Origin: Betaproteobacteria bacterium
GTDB lineage: Bacteria > Pseudomonadota > Gammaproteobacteria > Burkholderiales > SG8-41
Length of the DNA stretch: 41,783 nucleotides
Assembly (NCBI GenBank): GCA_016183675.1
Contig: JACPEF010000099.1
Location: 1-41,783 of the forward strand
Direction: 5' to 3'
Part shown: positions 19,033-28,656 of the stretch, piece by piece
Position numbering within the stretch: the stretch's first letter is position 1
Layout: each line of letters begins with the position of its first letter
The notes under the pieces: generated by a model
Databases searched by the model: none
Seen by the model: the letters and a program-made list of their open reading frames with translations, nothing else
What the model was told of the DNA's origin: nothing
Program-made: the position numbers and the translations under genes

Positions 19033-20007
19033 TTAGATGCGCCACGGCAGCAGGTATTCCATGCGGTCTGCCGAGTGCACGCTCAACTGCCGGACCGCCT
19101 TTTTGTGCAGCACGTGCAGCACCACCGACGCTCCGGCCTCTCCGCTCGCCCACAGCCTCTGGTAGAACTCGCTCTGGTGCCCGATCGCCTCGCCGCCCAC
19201 GCCGAGGATGATGTCCCCGCGGAAGAGCCCCGCCTTGTCCGCCGGCGAATCAGCCAGCACGCGCGTCACCACCACGTGCCCTTCGATCTCCTCGGAGTAC
19301 ACGCCCAGCCACGGGCGCGGCGGCTCGCGGCGGCGCCCGGTCGCAAGCAGGTCGTCGAGCAAGGGCTTCAACAGGTCGATGGGAACGAACATGTTGCCGG
19401 GGAAGGCGGCGCCGACCTCGAGCGCGTCGCTCACCCACAGCGAGCCCACGCCCACCAGCCTGCCTTCCGCGTCGAGCAGCGCGGCGCCGCTGTGCTCGAA
19501 GCGCGGCGGCGCGGTGAAGATCCCGCCTTCGATCATGTACTCCCACCAGCCGGTGAAACGGCGCTGTGACACCACGCAGGCGCGGGATGCGCCGCCGGCG
19601 GCGCCGTGGGCGGCTACCAGCACCGTGGCGAGCTCCCTTACATCGGCCGAGTTCCCCACCTCGACCGGCCGGCAGCTCAATCCTGCACGCACCAGCCCGA
19701 AGCCGGTGGCATGGTCGTAGCCCACCACGCTCGCGGGAAATACGCGCCCATCGCCGGTCATCACCAGTATGGAGCCCGCTTCGAGTATCAGGTAGCCGAT
19801 GGTGAGTATGAGGCCCCTGTCGTCGAGGACGACCCCGCTGCCTTCGCGCTCGGCCCCGAGGTTCTCGGCGGTGCGCGCTTCGGGGAGGGCCTTGATGCTC
19901 AGCTTCACCACCGCGTCGAGCGGGAGCGTGTCGGTGCGCACGTCGGGTACGGCGACATGGGCTGCGCGCCAGGCGGAAAGGGCCGCTGTGAAAAACGAAA
20001 CGGTCAC
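19033..20007 (-). CDS. S1C (HtrA-like) protease-family protein with a PDZ domain
   Basis: GSGVV..GLILTIGYL, YDHATGFGLVR, RPWLGV, SPADKAGL..GDIIL. Confidence 0.8.
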   Translation of the reverse strand: MTVSFFTAALSAWRAAHVAVPDVRTDTLPLDAVVKLSIKALPEARTAENLGAEREGSGVVLDDRGLILTIGYLILEAGSILVMTGDGRVFPASVVGYDHATGFGLVRAGLSCRPVEVGNSADVRELATVLVAAHGAAGGASRACVVSQRRFTGWWEYMIEGGIFTAPPRFEHSGAALLDAEGRLVGVGSLWVSDALEVGAAFPGNMFVPIDLLKPLLDDLLATGRRREPPRPWLGVYSEEIEGHVVVTRVLADSPADKAGLFRGDIILGVGGEAIGHQSEFYQRLWASGEAGASVVLHVLHKKAVRQLSVHSADRMEYLLPWRI

Positions 20008-20075
20008 GGGGGCGTGCGTGCGAGGACGCCTTCGCTAATGCCACGGTTGCTTGCGGCGACCGCCGCCAGCAACAA

Positions 20076-20229
20076 GCCGCGTGTTGCACGGCAATAATCT
20101 TGCCCGTTCGAACACGCGGAGTTAAACCGGCGCTCTGCCTCTGGATTTGGCCGCGTGTTGAACGGCAGCAATCCTGTCCGTTCGAACACGCGGAGTTAAA
20201 CCGGCGCTCTGCGTCCGGATTTAACTAAT
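20076..20229. repeat. Tandem 74-bp duplication of a double-hairpin unit
   Basis: Units 20076-20149 and 20150-20222 are near-identical; each holds CCGCGTGTT...AACACGCGG and a CCGG hairpin. Confidence 0.85.
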
Positions 20230-20277
20230 GTTATCGGGGCACCCGCCGCGCGGCAACGGGTACCGGCGGGAACGTCG

Positions 20278-20838
20278 TTACCCCGCGGTCGGGTAACGGA
20301 CGGTGATGATCTCGATCTCGGCCTCGCCGGCCGGGGTAGCGAGCGTCACGACGTCGCCGGAGCGCTTCTTCAGGAGCGCGCGGGCGATGGGCGAGAGCCA
20401 GCTGACCTGGCCGCGTTTCACGTCCACTTCGTCCATGCCGACGATGGTGATGGTGCGCTGCTCGCGCCCGCCCCGCACGTAGGCATAGGTCACGGCCGCG
20501 CCGAAGAAGATCTGGGAGCTGTCGCCGCGCCGCGCCGGATCCACCACCTCCGCGCTATCGAGGCGCTTGGTGAGGTAGTGGATGCGACGGTCGATCTCGC
20601 GCAAGCGCTTCTTGCCGTAGATATAGTCACCGTTCTCGGAGCGGTCGCCGTTCGAGGCTGCCCACGCGATGACCTTCACGAGTTCCGGACGCTCGACATC
20701 GAGCAGGCGCGCGAGTTCGGCCTTAAGGCGCGCGTAACCTTGCGGCGTAATGTAATTTTTTACGTCGTGCGCAACATGCGCGAGCGCAGCTGCGTTGCGG
20801 CCGTTGCGAGTGCGTGAGAGTGTCACTGACTTTCCCAT
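20278..20838 (-). CDS. greB: Transcription elongation factor GreB (start uncertain)
   Basis: KNYITPQG, WAASNGDRSENGDYIYGKKRLREIDRRI, VSWLSPIARAL. Confidence 0.92.
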   Translation of the reverse strand: MGKSVTLSRTRNGRNAAALAHVAHDVKNYITPQGYARLKAELARLLDVERPELVKVIAWAASNGDRSENGDYIYGKKRLREIDRRIHYLTKRLDSAEVVDPARRGDSSQIFFGAAVTYAYVRGGREQRTITIVGMDEVDVKRGQVSWLSPIARALLKKRSGDVVTLATPAGEAEIEIITVRYPTAG

Positions 20839-20944
20839 AGAGAGGCACCAGCAGAAACGCGAGCCTTATATTATAGCAAAAACAACGCATTACTGGCGAT
20901 ATCTGCAAGCAGGGTCAGATTGCACTGCAACGCGGCCATTTTAG

Positions 20945-20973
20945 TTGTCGCTGCGGATTTCATATTATAAAAT
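20945..20973 (+). promoter_or_regulatory. Sigma70 promoter of iclR with an overlapping imperfect palindrome (candidate operator)
   Basis: TTGTCG-17-TAAAAT; ATTTCATATTATAAAAT (20957-20973) is an imperfect inverted repeat. Confidence 0.55.
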
Positions 20974-21006
20974 CGCCCCTCAGATTTCGCGATTGGCGCC
21001 CCGCCC

Positions 21007-21774
21007 GTGGCACAGCAGGAAGCCAAGTCCTCGATCCAGGTCATCGAACGCATGATGAGCCTGCTCGGGTCGCTCGCCCGGCAGTCTGCGCCGGTCAACC
21101 TCAAACACCTCGCCACCGAAACCAGGCTCCACCCCTCAACCGCACACCGGATCCTGTCGGTCATGGTGGAAAACCGCCTGGTGGACCGCATCGAGCCGGG
21201 CACCTACCGCCTCGGGATCCGGCTGCTCGAGCTGGGGAACCTCGTGAAATCGCGCATCAGCGTGCGCCAGGAGGCCCTGCCCCACATGCAGGCCCTGCAC
21301 CACGAGCTGGGAGAGACGGTCAACCTCTCGGTACGCAACGACGACGAGGTCGTTTACATCGAGCGCACCTCGGACAGCCGTTCGATGATGCGGGTCGTCC
21401 AGATCATCGGGGCGCGCGCGCCCCTGCACATCACGGCCGTGGGGAAGATCTTTCTCGCGGAGGACAGTCCGGAGCAGTGCGCCGTGTATGCGCGCCGCAC
21501 CGGGCTGCCCCGGTACACGGACAACACGCTCACCGACCCGGACAGCCTGGCGAGGGAGCTGGAGAAGATCCGCCGGCAGGGCTACGCCTTCGACAACGAA
21601 GAGGCGGAGAAAGGCGTCTCCTGCATCGGCGCCGGCATCTTCAACGACGAGGGCAGGCTCGTCGCCGGACTTTCGGTGTCGGCCCCTTCCGACCGGCTGA
21701 ACAAGGCGTGGGCCGCCCAGGTGCGCCAGACCGCCCAAAAGATTTCACACGCGATCGGCCACCAAACCCGGTGA
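21007..21774 (+). CDS. IclR-family transcriptional regulator
   Basis: HTH LHPSTAHRIL, YRLGIRL, PLHITAVGK, GYAFDNEEAEKGVSCI. Confidence 0.93.
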   Translation: MAQQEAKSSIQVIERMMSLLGSLARQSAPVNLKHLATETRLHPSTAHRILSVMVENRLVDRIEPGTYRLGIRLLELGNLVKSRISVRQEALPHMQALHHELGETVNLSVRNDDEVVYIERTSDSRSMMRVVQIIGARAPLHITAVGKIFLAEDSPEQCAVYARRTGLPRYTDNTLTDPDSLARELEKIRRQGYAFDNEEAEKGVSCIGAGIFNDEGRLVAGLSVSAPSDRLNKAWAAQVRQTAQKISHAIGHQTR

Positions 21775-21796
21775 TGAGTGATGGGTGACGCTAATC

Positions 21797-21883
21797 CTGT
21801 TCAAAGTTCCAAGTTCCAAGTTCCAAGTTCAACTTCCATGTTGCACGACAAACCTTGAACCTGGAACCTGGAACCTGGAACAG
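21797..21883. repeat. Heptamer tandem/inverted repeat (AAGTTCC)n ... (GGAACCT)n
   Basis: Read directly; overlaps the called start of the nuclease ORF. Confidence 0.85.
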
Positions 21884-21902
21884 CACCTCGCCCTCCTCCC
21901 TC

Positions 21903-23354
21903 TTGCTTGACCAGCCCCTCGTCATACTCGACGTCGAGACCACCGGCGCCCATCCCGCCTACGACCGCATCACCGAAGTGGGGCTCATCGAGGTCGAGCG
22001 CGGCCGCTGCATCGGCGAGTGGTCCACGCTCGTCAACCCTGGCGAGAGCATCCCGCCCGCGATCCAGGGGTTGACCGGCATCACCAACGAGATGGTGGCG
22101 CTTGCTCCGTCCTTCGCCGAGATCGCGCCGCGGCTGCTCGCACGGCTCGAGGGAAAGTTGCTGGTCGCGCACAACGCCCGGTTCGATTACGGATTGCTCA
22201 GGAACGAATTCCGCCGCGCCGGGCTGCGCTATTCAAGCCGGGTGCTATGCACGGTCAAGCTCTCACGCCGGCTCTTCCCTGCGGAGACACGCCACAATCT
22301 CGATGCGCTGATGGCGCGCCATGACGTAGCGTGCGATGCCCGCCACCGCGCGCTCGGCGACGCGCGCGCGGTGTGGCTGCTCGTGAGCCAGTGGCGGCGC
22401 GAGCTCTACCCGGCGGTGCTCGCCGCGGCGGTGGAGCGTCTCCTCAAGGCGCCCGCCGTCCCCGCCGGGCTGCCCGAGGGCGCCCTCGACGAGGTCCCCG
22501 AGGCGCCGGGCGTCTATCTCTTCCACGGCGAGAACGACGTCGCGCTCTACGTTGGCAAGAGCATCAACTTGCGCGCGCGCGTGATGGCGCATTTCGCCGG
22601 CGACCACCGCGACTCCCGGGACATGAAGATCGCGCAGCAGGTCAAGCGCATCGACTGGATCGAGACCGCCGGCGAGCTGGGGGCCCTCATCGAGGAGGCG
22701 CGGCTGGTGAAGGCGCTCGCACCGGTCCACAACCGGCGGCTGCGCCGGACGAACGAGCTGTGCGCGTGGCGCTGGCGGGCAGAAGGGGAGAAAGGCGCAC
22801 GACCGGCCGATAAGACAAAGTCTCATTCCCGCGACTCCGCGCTCGGGGGCGGCACGCCCCGGCTGGTGAGCGCGCGCGAGCTCGACCCCGCGCAGCTCGG
22901 CGATCTCTACGGCTTGTTCCGCTCGCGCAGCGCGGCGCTCGAGGCGTTGCGCGGGCTCGCCGCCGAGCACGAGCTCTGCCCGATAATGCTCGGGCTGGAA
23001 AAAGGCCGGGGGCCCTGCTTCGCCTACCAGATCAAACGCTGCCGCGGCGCCTGCGCGGGCAAGGAAAGCCGCGCCGTCCACGGGCTGCGGCTGGGACAGG
23101 CGCTCGCGCGCCTCAAGATGCGGCCGTGGCCGTTCAAGGGCCGCGTGGGCGTGCGCGAGGCGGGCGATGCAGGCGAGCAGCTCATCGTGCTCGATCGCTG
23201 GTGCTATCTCGGCACGGTGCGCTCGGAGGCGGAACTGCACGAATGGACGGAGCGCCGCCTGCAGCCGGTGTTCGACCTCGACACCTACCGCATTCTCTCG
23301 CGTTTTCTGTCGAGTTCGCGTCAGAATTACACGGTGGTCGAGCTGGCCACCTGA
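21903..23354 (+). CDS. DEDDh 3'-5' exonuclease (Pol III epsilon-like) fused to a GIY-YIG (UvrC/Cho-like) domain
   Basis: LDVETTG, AHNARFD, HRALGDA; PGVYLF..LYVGKSINLRARV; Cys cluster C..CFAYQIKRCRGAC. Start uncertain (TTG 21903 or 21855). Confidence 0.88.
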   Translation: MLDQPLVILDVETTGAHPAYDRITEVGLIEVERGRCIGEWSTLVNPGESIPPAIQGLTGITNEMVALAPSFAEIAPRLLARLEGKLLVAHNARFDYGLLRNEFRRAGLRYSSRVLCTVKLSRRLFPAETRHNLDALMARHDVACDARHRALGDARAVWLLVSQWRRELYPAVLAAAVERLLKAPAVPAGLPEGALDEVPEAPGVYLFHGENDVALYVGKSINLRARVMAHFAGDHRDSRDMKIAQQVKRIDWIETAGELGALIEEARLVKALAPVHNRRLRRTNELCAWRWRAEGEKGARPADKTKSHSRDSALGGGTPRLVSARELDPAQLGDLYGLFRSRSAALEALRGLAAEHELCPIMLGLEKGRGPCFAYQIKRCRGACAGKESRAVHGLRLGQALARLKMRPWPFKGRVGVREAGDAGEQLIVLDRWCYLGTVRSEAELHEWTERRLQPVFDLDTYRILSRFLSSSRQNYTVVELAT

Positions 23355-23360
23355 AAGGCC

Positions 23361-23456
23361 GTGAGTCGTGAGGTCGTGAGTTCGGAAGTGGAACGTAAAG
23401 GCCGTCAGTCGTAAGTGGAAAGGGAATCCCGCTCTCACGCTCTCCCGCTCTCCCGC
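23361..23456. repeat. Degenerate 7/8-mer repeats
   Basis: GTGAGTCGTGAGGTCGTGAG... and CTCTCACG CTCTCCCG CTCTCCCG. Confidence 0.55.
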
Positions 23457-23521
23457 CGGTAACCGGCGTTGTGCGTTGAGGCATAATCTCGGTACAACGA
23501 CGCCAACAGAGGGAACTTGCC

Positions 23522-24490
23522 ATGAACATCGCCGTCCGTTACGCGCTGGCACTTGTTTTCGTGATCCTGCCTGCAACCGCTGTGCTCGCGCAGGCCTATC
23601 CTGCGAAGCCGGTGCGCATCATCATCCCCTTCCCGCCGGGCGGGCCGACCGACCTCATGGGGCGCCTCGCCGCCGATCGTCTGACCAGGGCGTGGGGCGT
23701 GCAGGTCGTGGCCGACAACCGGCCCGGCGCCGGCGGCAACATCGGCACGGAGCTGTGCGCCAAGTCGCCGCCCGACGGCTACACCCTCTGCATGTTGACG
23801 GTGGCGCAAAGCATTTCGCCCGGCATCTACAAGAAGCTCGGCTTCGATCCGATCAGGGATTTCGCGCATGTGACACTGATGGCGATCCTGCCGAGCCTCC
23901 TCACCACCCACCCGGCGCTGCCGGTAAAAAACGTGAAGGAATTGGTCGCGCTGGCGAAGGCGCGTCCCGGGCAGCTCATTTACGCCTCCACCGGCAATGG
24001 CACGAGCCCTCACATGCTGATGGAAATGTTCAAGTGGATGGCGGGCGTGAACATGGTGCACGTCCCGTACAGGGGTCAGGCGCCCTCCGTGATAGACCAG
24101 ATCTCGGGCCAGATCGAGCTCGCCTTCAATACCGCGATCACCGTGATGCCGCATGTCAATCAGGGCAAACTGCGCCCGATCGCGGTGTCCACCGTGGATC
24201 GCTTCCCGCCGCTGCCCCACCTGCCGACCGTGAACGAGTCCGGCGTCAAGGGCTTTGATGGCAGCTCGTGGCAGTCGGTGGTGATGCCGGCGGGCACCTC
24301 GCGCGACATCGTGGCGAAGGTCTATCTGGAGCTTTCCGCCATGTTGAAATCCGCCGATACCCGCGAGAAATTCCTGGCGCAGGGGGCGCTCGCCTCCGGC
24401 ATCGAGCCGGACCAGTTCGCGGCCTTCGTCAAGCGCGAGACCGAGAAGTGGGCGCGCGTCGCGAAGGCCGCCAACGTCAAGGTCGACTGA
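23522..24490 (+). CDS. Tripartite tricarboxylate transporter substrate-binding protein (Bug/TctC)
   Basis: YPAKPVRIIIPFPPGGPTD, NRPGAGGNIG, PDGYTL, HVPYRG. Confidence 0.93.
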   Translation: MNIAVRYALALVFVILPATAVLAQAYPAKPVRIIIPFPPGGPTDLMGRLAADRLTRAWGVQVVADNRPGAGGNIGTELCAKSPPDGYTLCMLTVAQSISPGIYKKLGFDPIRDFAHVTLMAILPSLLTTHPALPVKNVKELVALAKARPGQLIYASTGNGTSPHMLMEMFKWMAGVNMVHVPYRGQAPSVIDQISGQIELAFNTAITVMPHVNQGKLRPIAVSTVDRFPPLPHLPTVNESGVKGFDGSSWQSVVMPAGTSRDIVAKVYLELSAMLKSADTREKFLAQGALASGIEPDQFAAFVKRETEKWARVAKAANVKVD

Positions 24491-24494
24491 GCGG

Positions 24495-25175
24495 GTGAGC
24501 GGGACCGAGGCAGCTGCCGGCACGGCGCTGCCGGCCGATATCGTCCGGCTGACCCGCTTCCATCAGGGCATCGATCTCTACTTCCCGCCGTTGCGCACTC
24601 CCGGGGTCGCGCTGGCGCTGGCTTTGTTCGGTGCGGCGTGCCTCGCGCCGGGCCTGCTCGCCGCGGCGGCGGTAGCGCCCGCCTCCGGGTCCGATTCCGC
24701 CGGTCTGATCGCCTTCTGGCTGATGAGCATCTTCATCCTGCCCTTCGTCGTGTTCGGCGTGGCGTTCATCGCACCCGCCGTCTATCTGCTCGCCAACTCG
24801 CTCAGCGTGCGGGTCACCGAGTCCGGGATCGTGAGCGCGCGCCGCGTTTTCGGGCTGCCGCTCGGCGAGCGCCGGGTCGCGCGCGCCGATATCGCCATGC
24901 TCGAGGCAGCGACGCCGCTGCGCTATCGCGAGCTGCGCGCGGAGGCCCCGTACTACAGTTTGGTCATCAAGACAAAAAGCGGAATGGGGCTCACGCTGCG
25001 CGAGGCCTACCGCACCGGCCGGCTCGACCACTACCGCAACCGCATCGTCACGGTGGCGGAGAGCCTGCGCGGCGAGGCGCTGATGGAGCGCGTGAGATCG
25101 GAAATCCTCAAGGCAGGGCGGCTTGCGCACCTCGCGTCGCGCGCCTCCGCGCAGGAGCCACACGAGGCCCCGTAA
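24495..25175 (+). CDS. Hypothetical membrane protein (2 TM)
   Basis: 226-aa ORF starting 4 nt after the tctC stop, with GC3-rich codons and two hydrophobic segments. Confidence 0.65.
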   Translation: MSGTEAAAGTALPADIVRLTRFHQGIDLYFPPLRTPGVALALALFGAACLAPGLLAAAAVAPASGSDSAGLIAFWLMSIFILPFVVFGVAFIAPAVYLLANSLSVRVTESGIVSARRVFGLPLGERRVARADIAMLEAATPLRYRELRAEAPYYSLVIKTKSGMGLTLREAYRTGRLDHYRNRIVTVAESLRGEALMERVRSEILKAGRLAHLASRASAQEPHEAP

Positions 25176-25208
25176 GAAGGAGGTCGAGGCGCGCCTCGAC
25201 CGCGCCGA

Positions 25209-25442
25209 TCAGTGGTAGACGAGAGGCAGGTTCATCAGGACGTCGAAATTGCCGAGGAATTCGTCGACGTGCTCGACCGAGGCGTTTTCCGAGACCGCGT
25301 TCCGCATCGACTGGGCGAACCGGTCCGCGACATCCCCCTGGAAGAACGTCCCGCGCTGGGTGCGCTTGTCCACCAGCTCGTAGCCGTGCTGCGCGGGGTA
25401 TTCCACCACGTAGTAGTTGTCGCTGTTGTAGAGGATGTTCAT
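25209..25442 (-). CDS. DUF3567 (BTH_I0359)-like small protein
   Basis: MNILYNSDNYYVVEY...GYELVDK...VDEFLGNFDVLMNLPLVYH; true start is ATG 25442 inside the 248-aa ORF. Confidence 0.8.
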   Translation of the reverse strand: MNILYNSDNYYVVEYPAQHGYELVDKRTQRGTFFQGDVADRFAQSMRNAVSENASVEHVDEFLGNFDVLMNLPLVYH

Positions 25443-25689
25443 AGAGCGCCTTGGGCGCGTCGCCCCAGTCCTGTTAACGCATCGGCCCGCGCCGGGGCTG
25501 ACACACCGTCCCCGGTAGGGCCCCGCGAGAAATCCGTCACGAACGCCATCATCCATTCCGTCACGGAATCCCGTGCTTGACCATAATTTTGGGTTTCCGA
25601 GCGGGATTTTCAAGGGATCGTCCGGGCGGGGCGCACTGTCGTAGGTGTTATATTGGCCGAAACGGCTCGCAAGCCGGTTCCCCGCCGGA

Positions 25690-26787
25690 ATGAATCGTAG
25701 AATCGTCTCCCGCGCCCTCCTCGCGGCCCTGCTCGCGCTCCCGCCGCTCGTCTCGCAGCCGGGATACGAGCACGGAAAGGAGGCCTTGAAACGCGGCGAA
25801 TTCGGCACCGCTGCACAGCAGTTCGCCGAGGATGCGCGCGCGGGCCATTCGAGGGCGCAGCTCGCGCTCGGGCTCCTCCACGCGGCGGGGCTTGGCGTCG
25901 CGCAAAGCAACGCGGAAGCGACGACGTGGTTCGCCCGCGCGGCGGAACAGGGCAACGCTCACGCCCAGTACAACCTGGGCCTGATGCGCCTCGTCGGCAT
26001 CGGCGTCGCGCGGAACGAGACGGAGGCCGTCCGGTGGTTCCGTGAAGCCGCCAGGATGGGCCTTCCACAGGCGCAGTCCGACCTCGGGGCCCTCCATTTC
26101 TACGGCCAGCACGGTGAGATCGCGTATCCGGAAGCCCTGTCGTGGCTGCGCGCCGCCGCGGAGCGGGGCCATCCGCTCGCACAGGTGAATCTCGCCAGTG
26201 CATACCTGACCGGCGGAGCCGCGTCGCGGCCGGGCTTCGGGGGCGCGCCGTTTTCGCGCCCGCCGGGCGTCACGGGCGACCTCATTCCGAAGGACGAGCG
26301 CGAAGCCGCGCGCTGGTTTCAGATGGCGGCGGCGCAAGGGGTCGTCGTGGCGCAGTTCAATCTCGGCCTGCTCCATGAAAAAGGCCGGGGCGTGGAGCTC
26401 AATCCATCCGAGGCGATGAAGTGGTATGCGAGAGCGGTCGACGCGGAGTTCGTCCCGGCCTTCCTCAATCTTGCGAGACTGTACGAATCCGGACCCGAGG
26501 CGGCGCGCGACCGCGCGGCAGCCATCCAGTTGAGGATCCGGTCCTGGCAGAGTGGCTTGCACCGGACGCAGCAGCATCCGATCGTCGTGATGCACTTCGG
26601 AATCCGCACCCTGCGGCACCTCGACGGGCGCAAGATCTGGGCCGATCGCCGGCAAATCGGGACCGACGACCCGCGCGGGGGCACCCTGTTTTTTCTGTTC
26701 GAACCCGATTTCCTGATCGATCCCGACCTCGGATTCGATCTCCCGCACGCCTTCCGTCCCGTCGGGCTCGGCCCGCAGCCGCGGTGA
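25690..26787 (+). CDS. Exported Sel1-repeat protein
   Basis: Signal peptide; several AQYNLG..G.GV..N..EA..WF..AA.QG repeats. Confidence 0.88.
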   Translation: MNRRIVSRALLAALLALPPLVSQPGYEHGKEALKRGEFGTAAQQFAEDARAGHSRAQLALGLLHAAGLGVAQSNAEATTWFARAAEQGNAHAQYNLGLMRLVGIGVARNETEAVRWFREAARMGLPQAQSDLGALHFYGQHGEIAYPEALSWLRAAAERGHPLAQVNLASAYLTGGAASRPGFGGAPFSRPPGVTGDLIPKDEREAARWFQMAAAQGVVVAQFNLGLLHEKGRGVELNPSEAMKWYARAVDAEFVPAFLNLARLYESGPEAARDRAAAIQLRIRSWQSGLHRTQQHPIVVMHFGIRTLRHLDGRKIWADRRQIGTDDPRGGTLFFLFEPDFLIDPDLGFDLPHAFRPVGLGPQPR

Positions 26788-26796
26788 TCTCTGTGG

Positions 26797-27696
26797 CTAA
26801 TTTCGCTTCTGCGCGCGGCGCAGCTGGCTCAGGGCGATGCCGGTAAGAATCAGCAGAAGCCCGGTGTAAGCGTTGGCGCCGGGCTCCTCCCCCAGGATCG
26901 CCACGCCCACGAACAGGGCGACGACCGGGATGCAGTAATTCGCCAGGGACATGAAGGTGGGGCCGGCCGAGCCGATGAGCTTCAGGTACGCCAGGGTCGC
27001 GATCGCGGTCGGGCCGATGCCGATCCAGATCACGGCGGAAACTGAGAGTCCGCTCGGCGCAAGCCGCCACGGCTGGTCCACCACGAGCGCGATCGGCACG
27101 CTGATCACCGCTGCCACGGCGATGATCGCGGCGGAGGCGACCATCACGTCACCCTTGAGGGTCCGGCGCACGAGCACGGTGTTCGTCGCGTAACAGAGCG
27201 CGCCTGAGAGCACCGCGAGCTGGGCGAGGATTTCGATCAGCGCCCCGCCCAGGCCGGCGAGCGCGGCCGGCCCCATCAGCACCACGATCCCCCCGAAGCC
27301 CGACAGGAAACCGGCGACGCGGTTGCGGGTCATGTGCTCGCCGGCGACCCAGACGTGCGCGAGCACCATCGTCGCGAGCGGCATGATCGCCATGAGAATG
27401 CCGGCGAGCGCGCTGTCAATGTGCTGCTGTCCCCAGGTGATGAACCAGAACGGCAGGCAGTTTCCCACCAGCGCGAGCACGACGTACGGCGACCACGCCC
27501 GCCCGCTCCGCGGCAGGGTGTAGCCCCGCGCTCGAATCACCGCGACCAGGATCACGGCGCCGATCACCAGCCGCGAGGCCACCAGCGTCGCCGGCGGCAC
27601 CGTTGCGACACCGAGCTTCACGAACATGAAGTTCGAGCCCCACAGCGCGACGAGGGTCGCGAGCAGGGCCCAGTCCTTGAGGGAGCGGCCGGGCAT
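26797..27696 (-). CDS. DMT/EamA-family transporter
   Basis: LWGSNFMFVK, WGQQHIDSALAGILMA, GVAILGE. Confidence 0.88.
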   Translation of the reverse strand: MPGRSLKDWALLATLVALWGSNFMFVKLGVATVPPATLVASRLVIGAVILVAVIRARGYTLPRSGRAWSPYVVLALVGNCLPFWFITWGQQHIDSALAGILMAIMPLATMVLAHVWVAGEHMTRNRVAGFLSGFGGIVVLMGPAALAGLGGALIEILAQLAVLSGALCYATNTVLVRRTLKGDVMVASAAIIAVAAVISVPIALVVDQPWRLAPSGLSVSAVIWIGIGPTAIATLAYLKLIGSAGPTFMSLANYCIPVVALFVGVAILGEEPGANAYTGLLLILTGIALSQLRRAQKRN

Positions 27697-27810
27697 GTCA
27701 GGAAACCGCGGAATAATTAGCCACCAAGGCGCCAAGAAAAGTTCTCAACGCAGAATCGGGAGCCGTAGAATCGGGGAAGCGGGGGTTGATTTTTGAGAAA
27801 GGATACACGA

Positions 27811-28656
27811 ATGACCCGTCCCTCCGTTGCGAAGGTTATGCTGCTGGCCGCGCTCCTTGTGTCGCCGGGAGTGGCGCAGCAACTTCAGTTTGAGGCCCCG
27901 CCGAAGGCCGCGGCCGGGCGCAGCGCGCTGCCGGCGAAGCCGATTCCGGGCACGGAACTTCTCGCCGAGCTGCGCAAAGGCGGCTATGTCATCTATTTCC
28001 GCCACGCCTCGACCGATTTCTCGCGCAACGATTCCCAGTCGAAGAGCGACGACGACTGCGAGAACCAGCGCCCGCTCACGGACAAGGGCCGTGAAGAGGC
28101 CCGGCAGATCGGGGCGGCGCTCCGCGAGCTGAAGATCCCGGTCGCAAAGGTGCTGTCGAGCCCGCGCTGCCGCACCATGGAGACCGCGATGCTCGCGTTC
28201 GGCCGCGCGGAGCAGGAGAGCGCGGTGCGCGGGGGGCCGGCCCGAACGGCCGATCCCCAGCGCTACGCCGGGCTGCGGCGCCTGCTTTCAACCCTTCCGG
28301 AGCCGGGGCAGAACGTGGTGATCTCAAGTCACGGCAATCCGTTCTACGGCGTCGCCGGCGCGCCGTACCTCGCCGAGGGCGAAGCGGCTATCGTGCGCCC
28401 GCTGGGGAAAGACTTCGAAATCATCGCGCGCGTCCGCCACGACGCCTGGCGTGCATACCTCTATAGCTGCTCGCGCAACGCCTTCGCAGCGGCGACCATA
28501 TTGGCTAGCGCCACCCTGGTCTCCGGCCACCTTCGGGTCTTCAGGCCGCAGTCGGGATTGACCCAAAGGTTGCGGGGTGGAAGCACGGCCCGCGCCCTAC
28601 GCAGCAGCGTGCACATTTCCTTTTCGGTAGGAACACGTGGCGAGTGGATGTCGTAG
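27811..28656 (+). CDS. Histidine phosphatase family protein; 3' end runs antisense into metE
   Basis: Signal peptide, YFRHAST, SSPRCRT, SHGN. Family-like sequence ends near 28450. Confidence 0.75.
   Translation: MTRPSVAKVMLLAALLVSPGVAQQLQFEAPPKAAAGRSALPAKPIPGTELLAELRKGGYVIYFRHASTDFSRNDSQSKSDDDCENQRPLTDKGREEARQIGAALRELKIPVAKVLSSPRCRTMETAMLAFGRAEQESAVRGGPARTADPQRYAGLRRLLSTLPEPGQNVVISSHGNPFYGVAGAPYLAEGEAAIVRPLGKDFEIIARVRHDAWRAYLYSCSRNAFAAATILASATLVSGHLRVFRPQSGLTQRLRGGSTARALRSSVHISFSVGTRGEWMS

Noticed and set aside
20076-20222. Possible CRISPR array
   Set aside because: Only two units, the sequence between the conserved parts is also duplicated (no unique spacers), and there are no cas genes.
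21775-21903. LexA box upstream of the Cho-like nuclease
   Set aside because: CTGT and ACAG are present only as ends of the heptamer inverted repeat, not at CTGT-N8-ACAG spacing.
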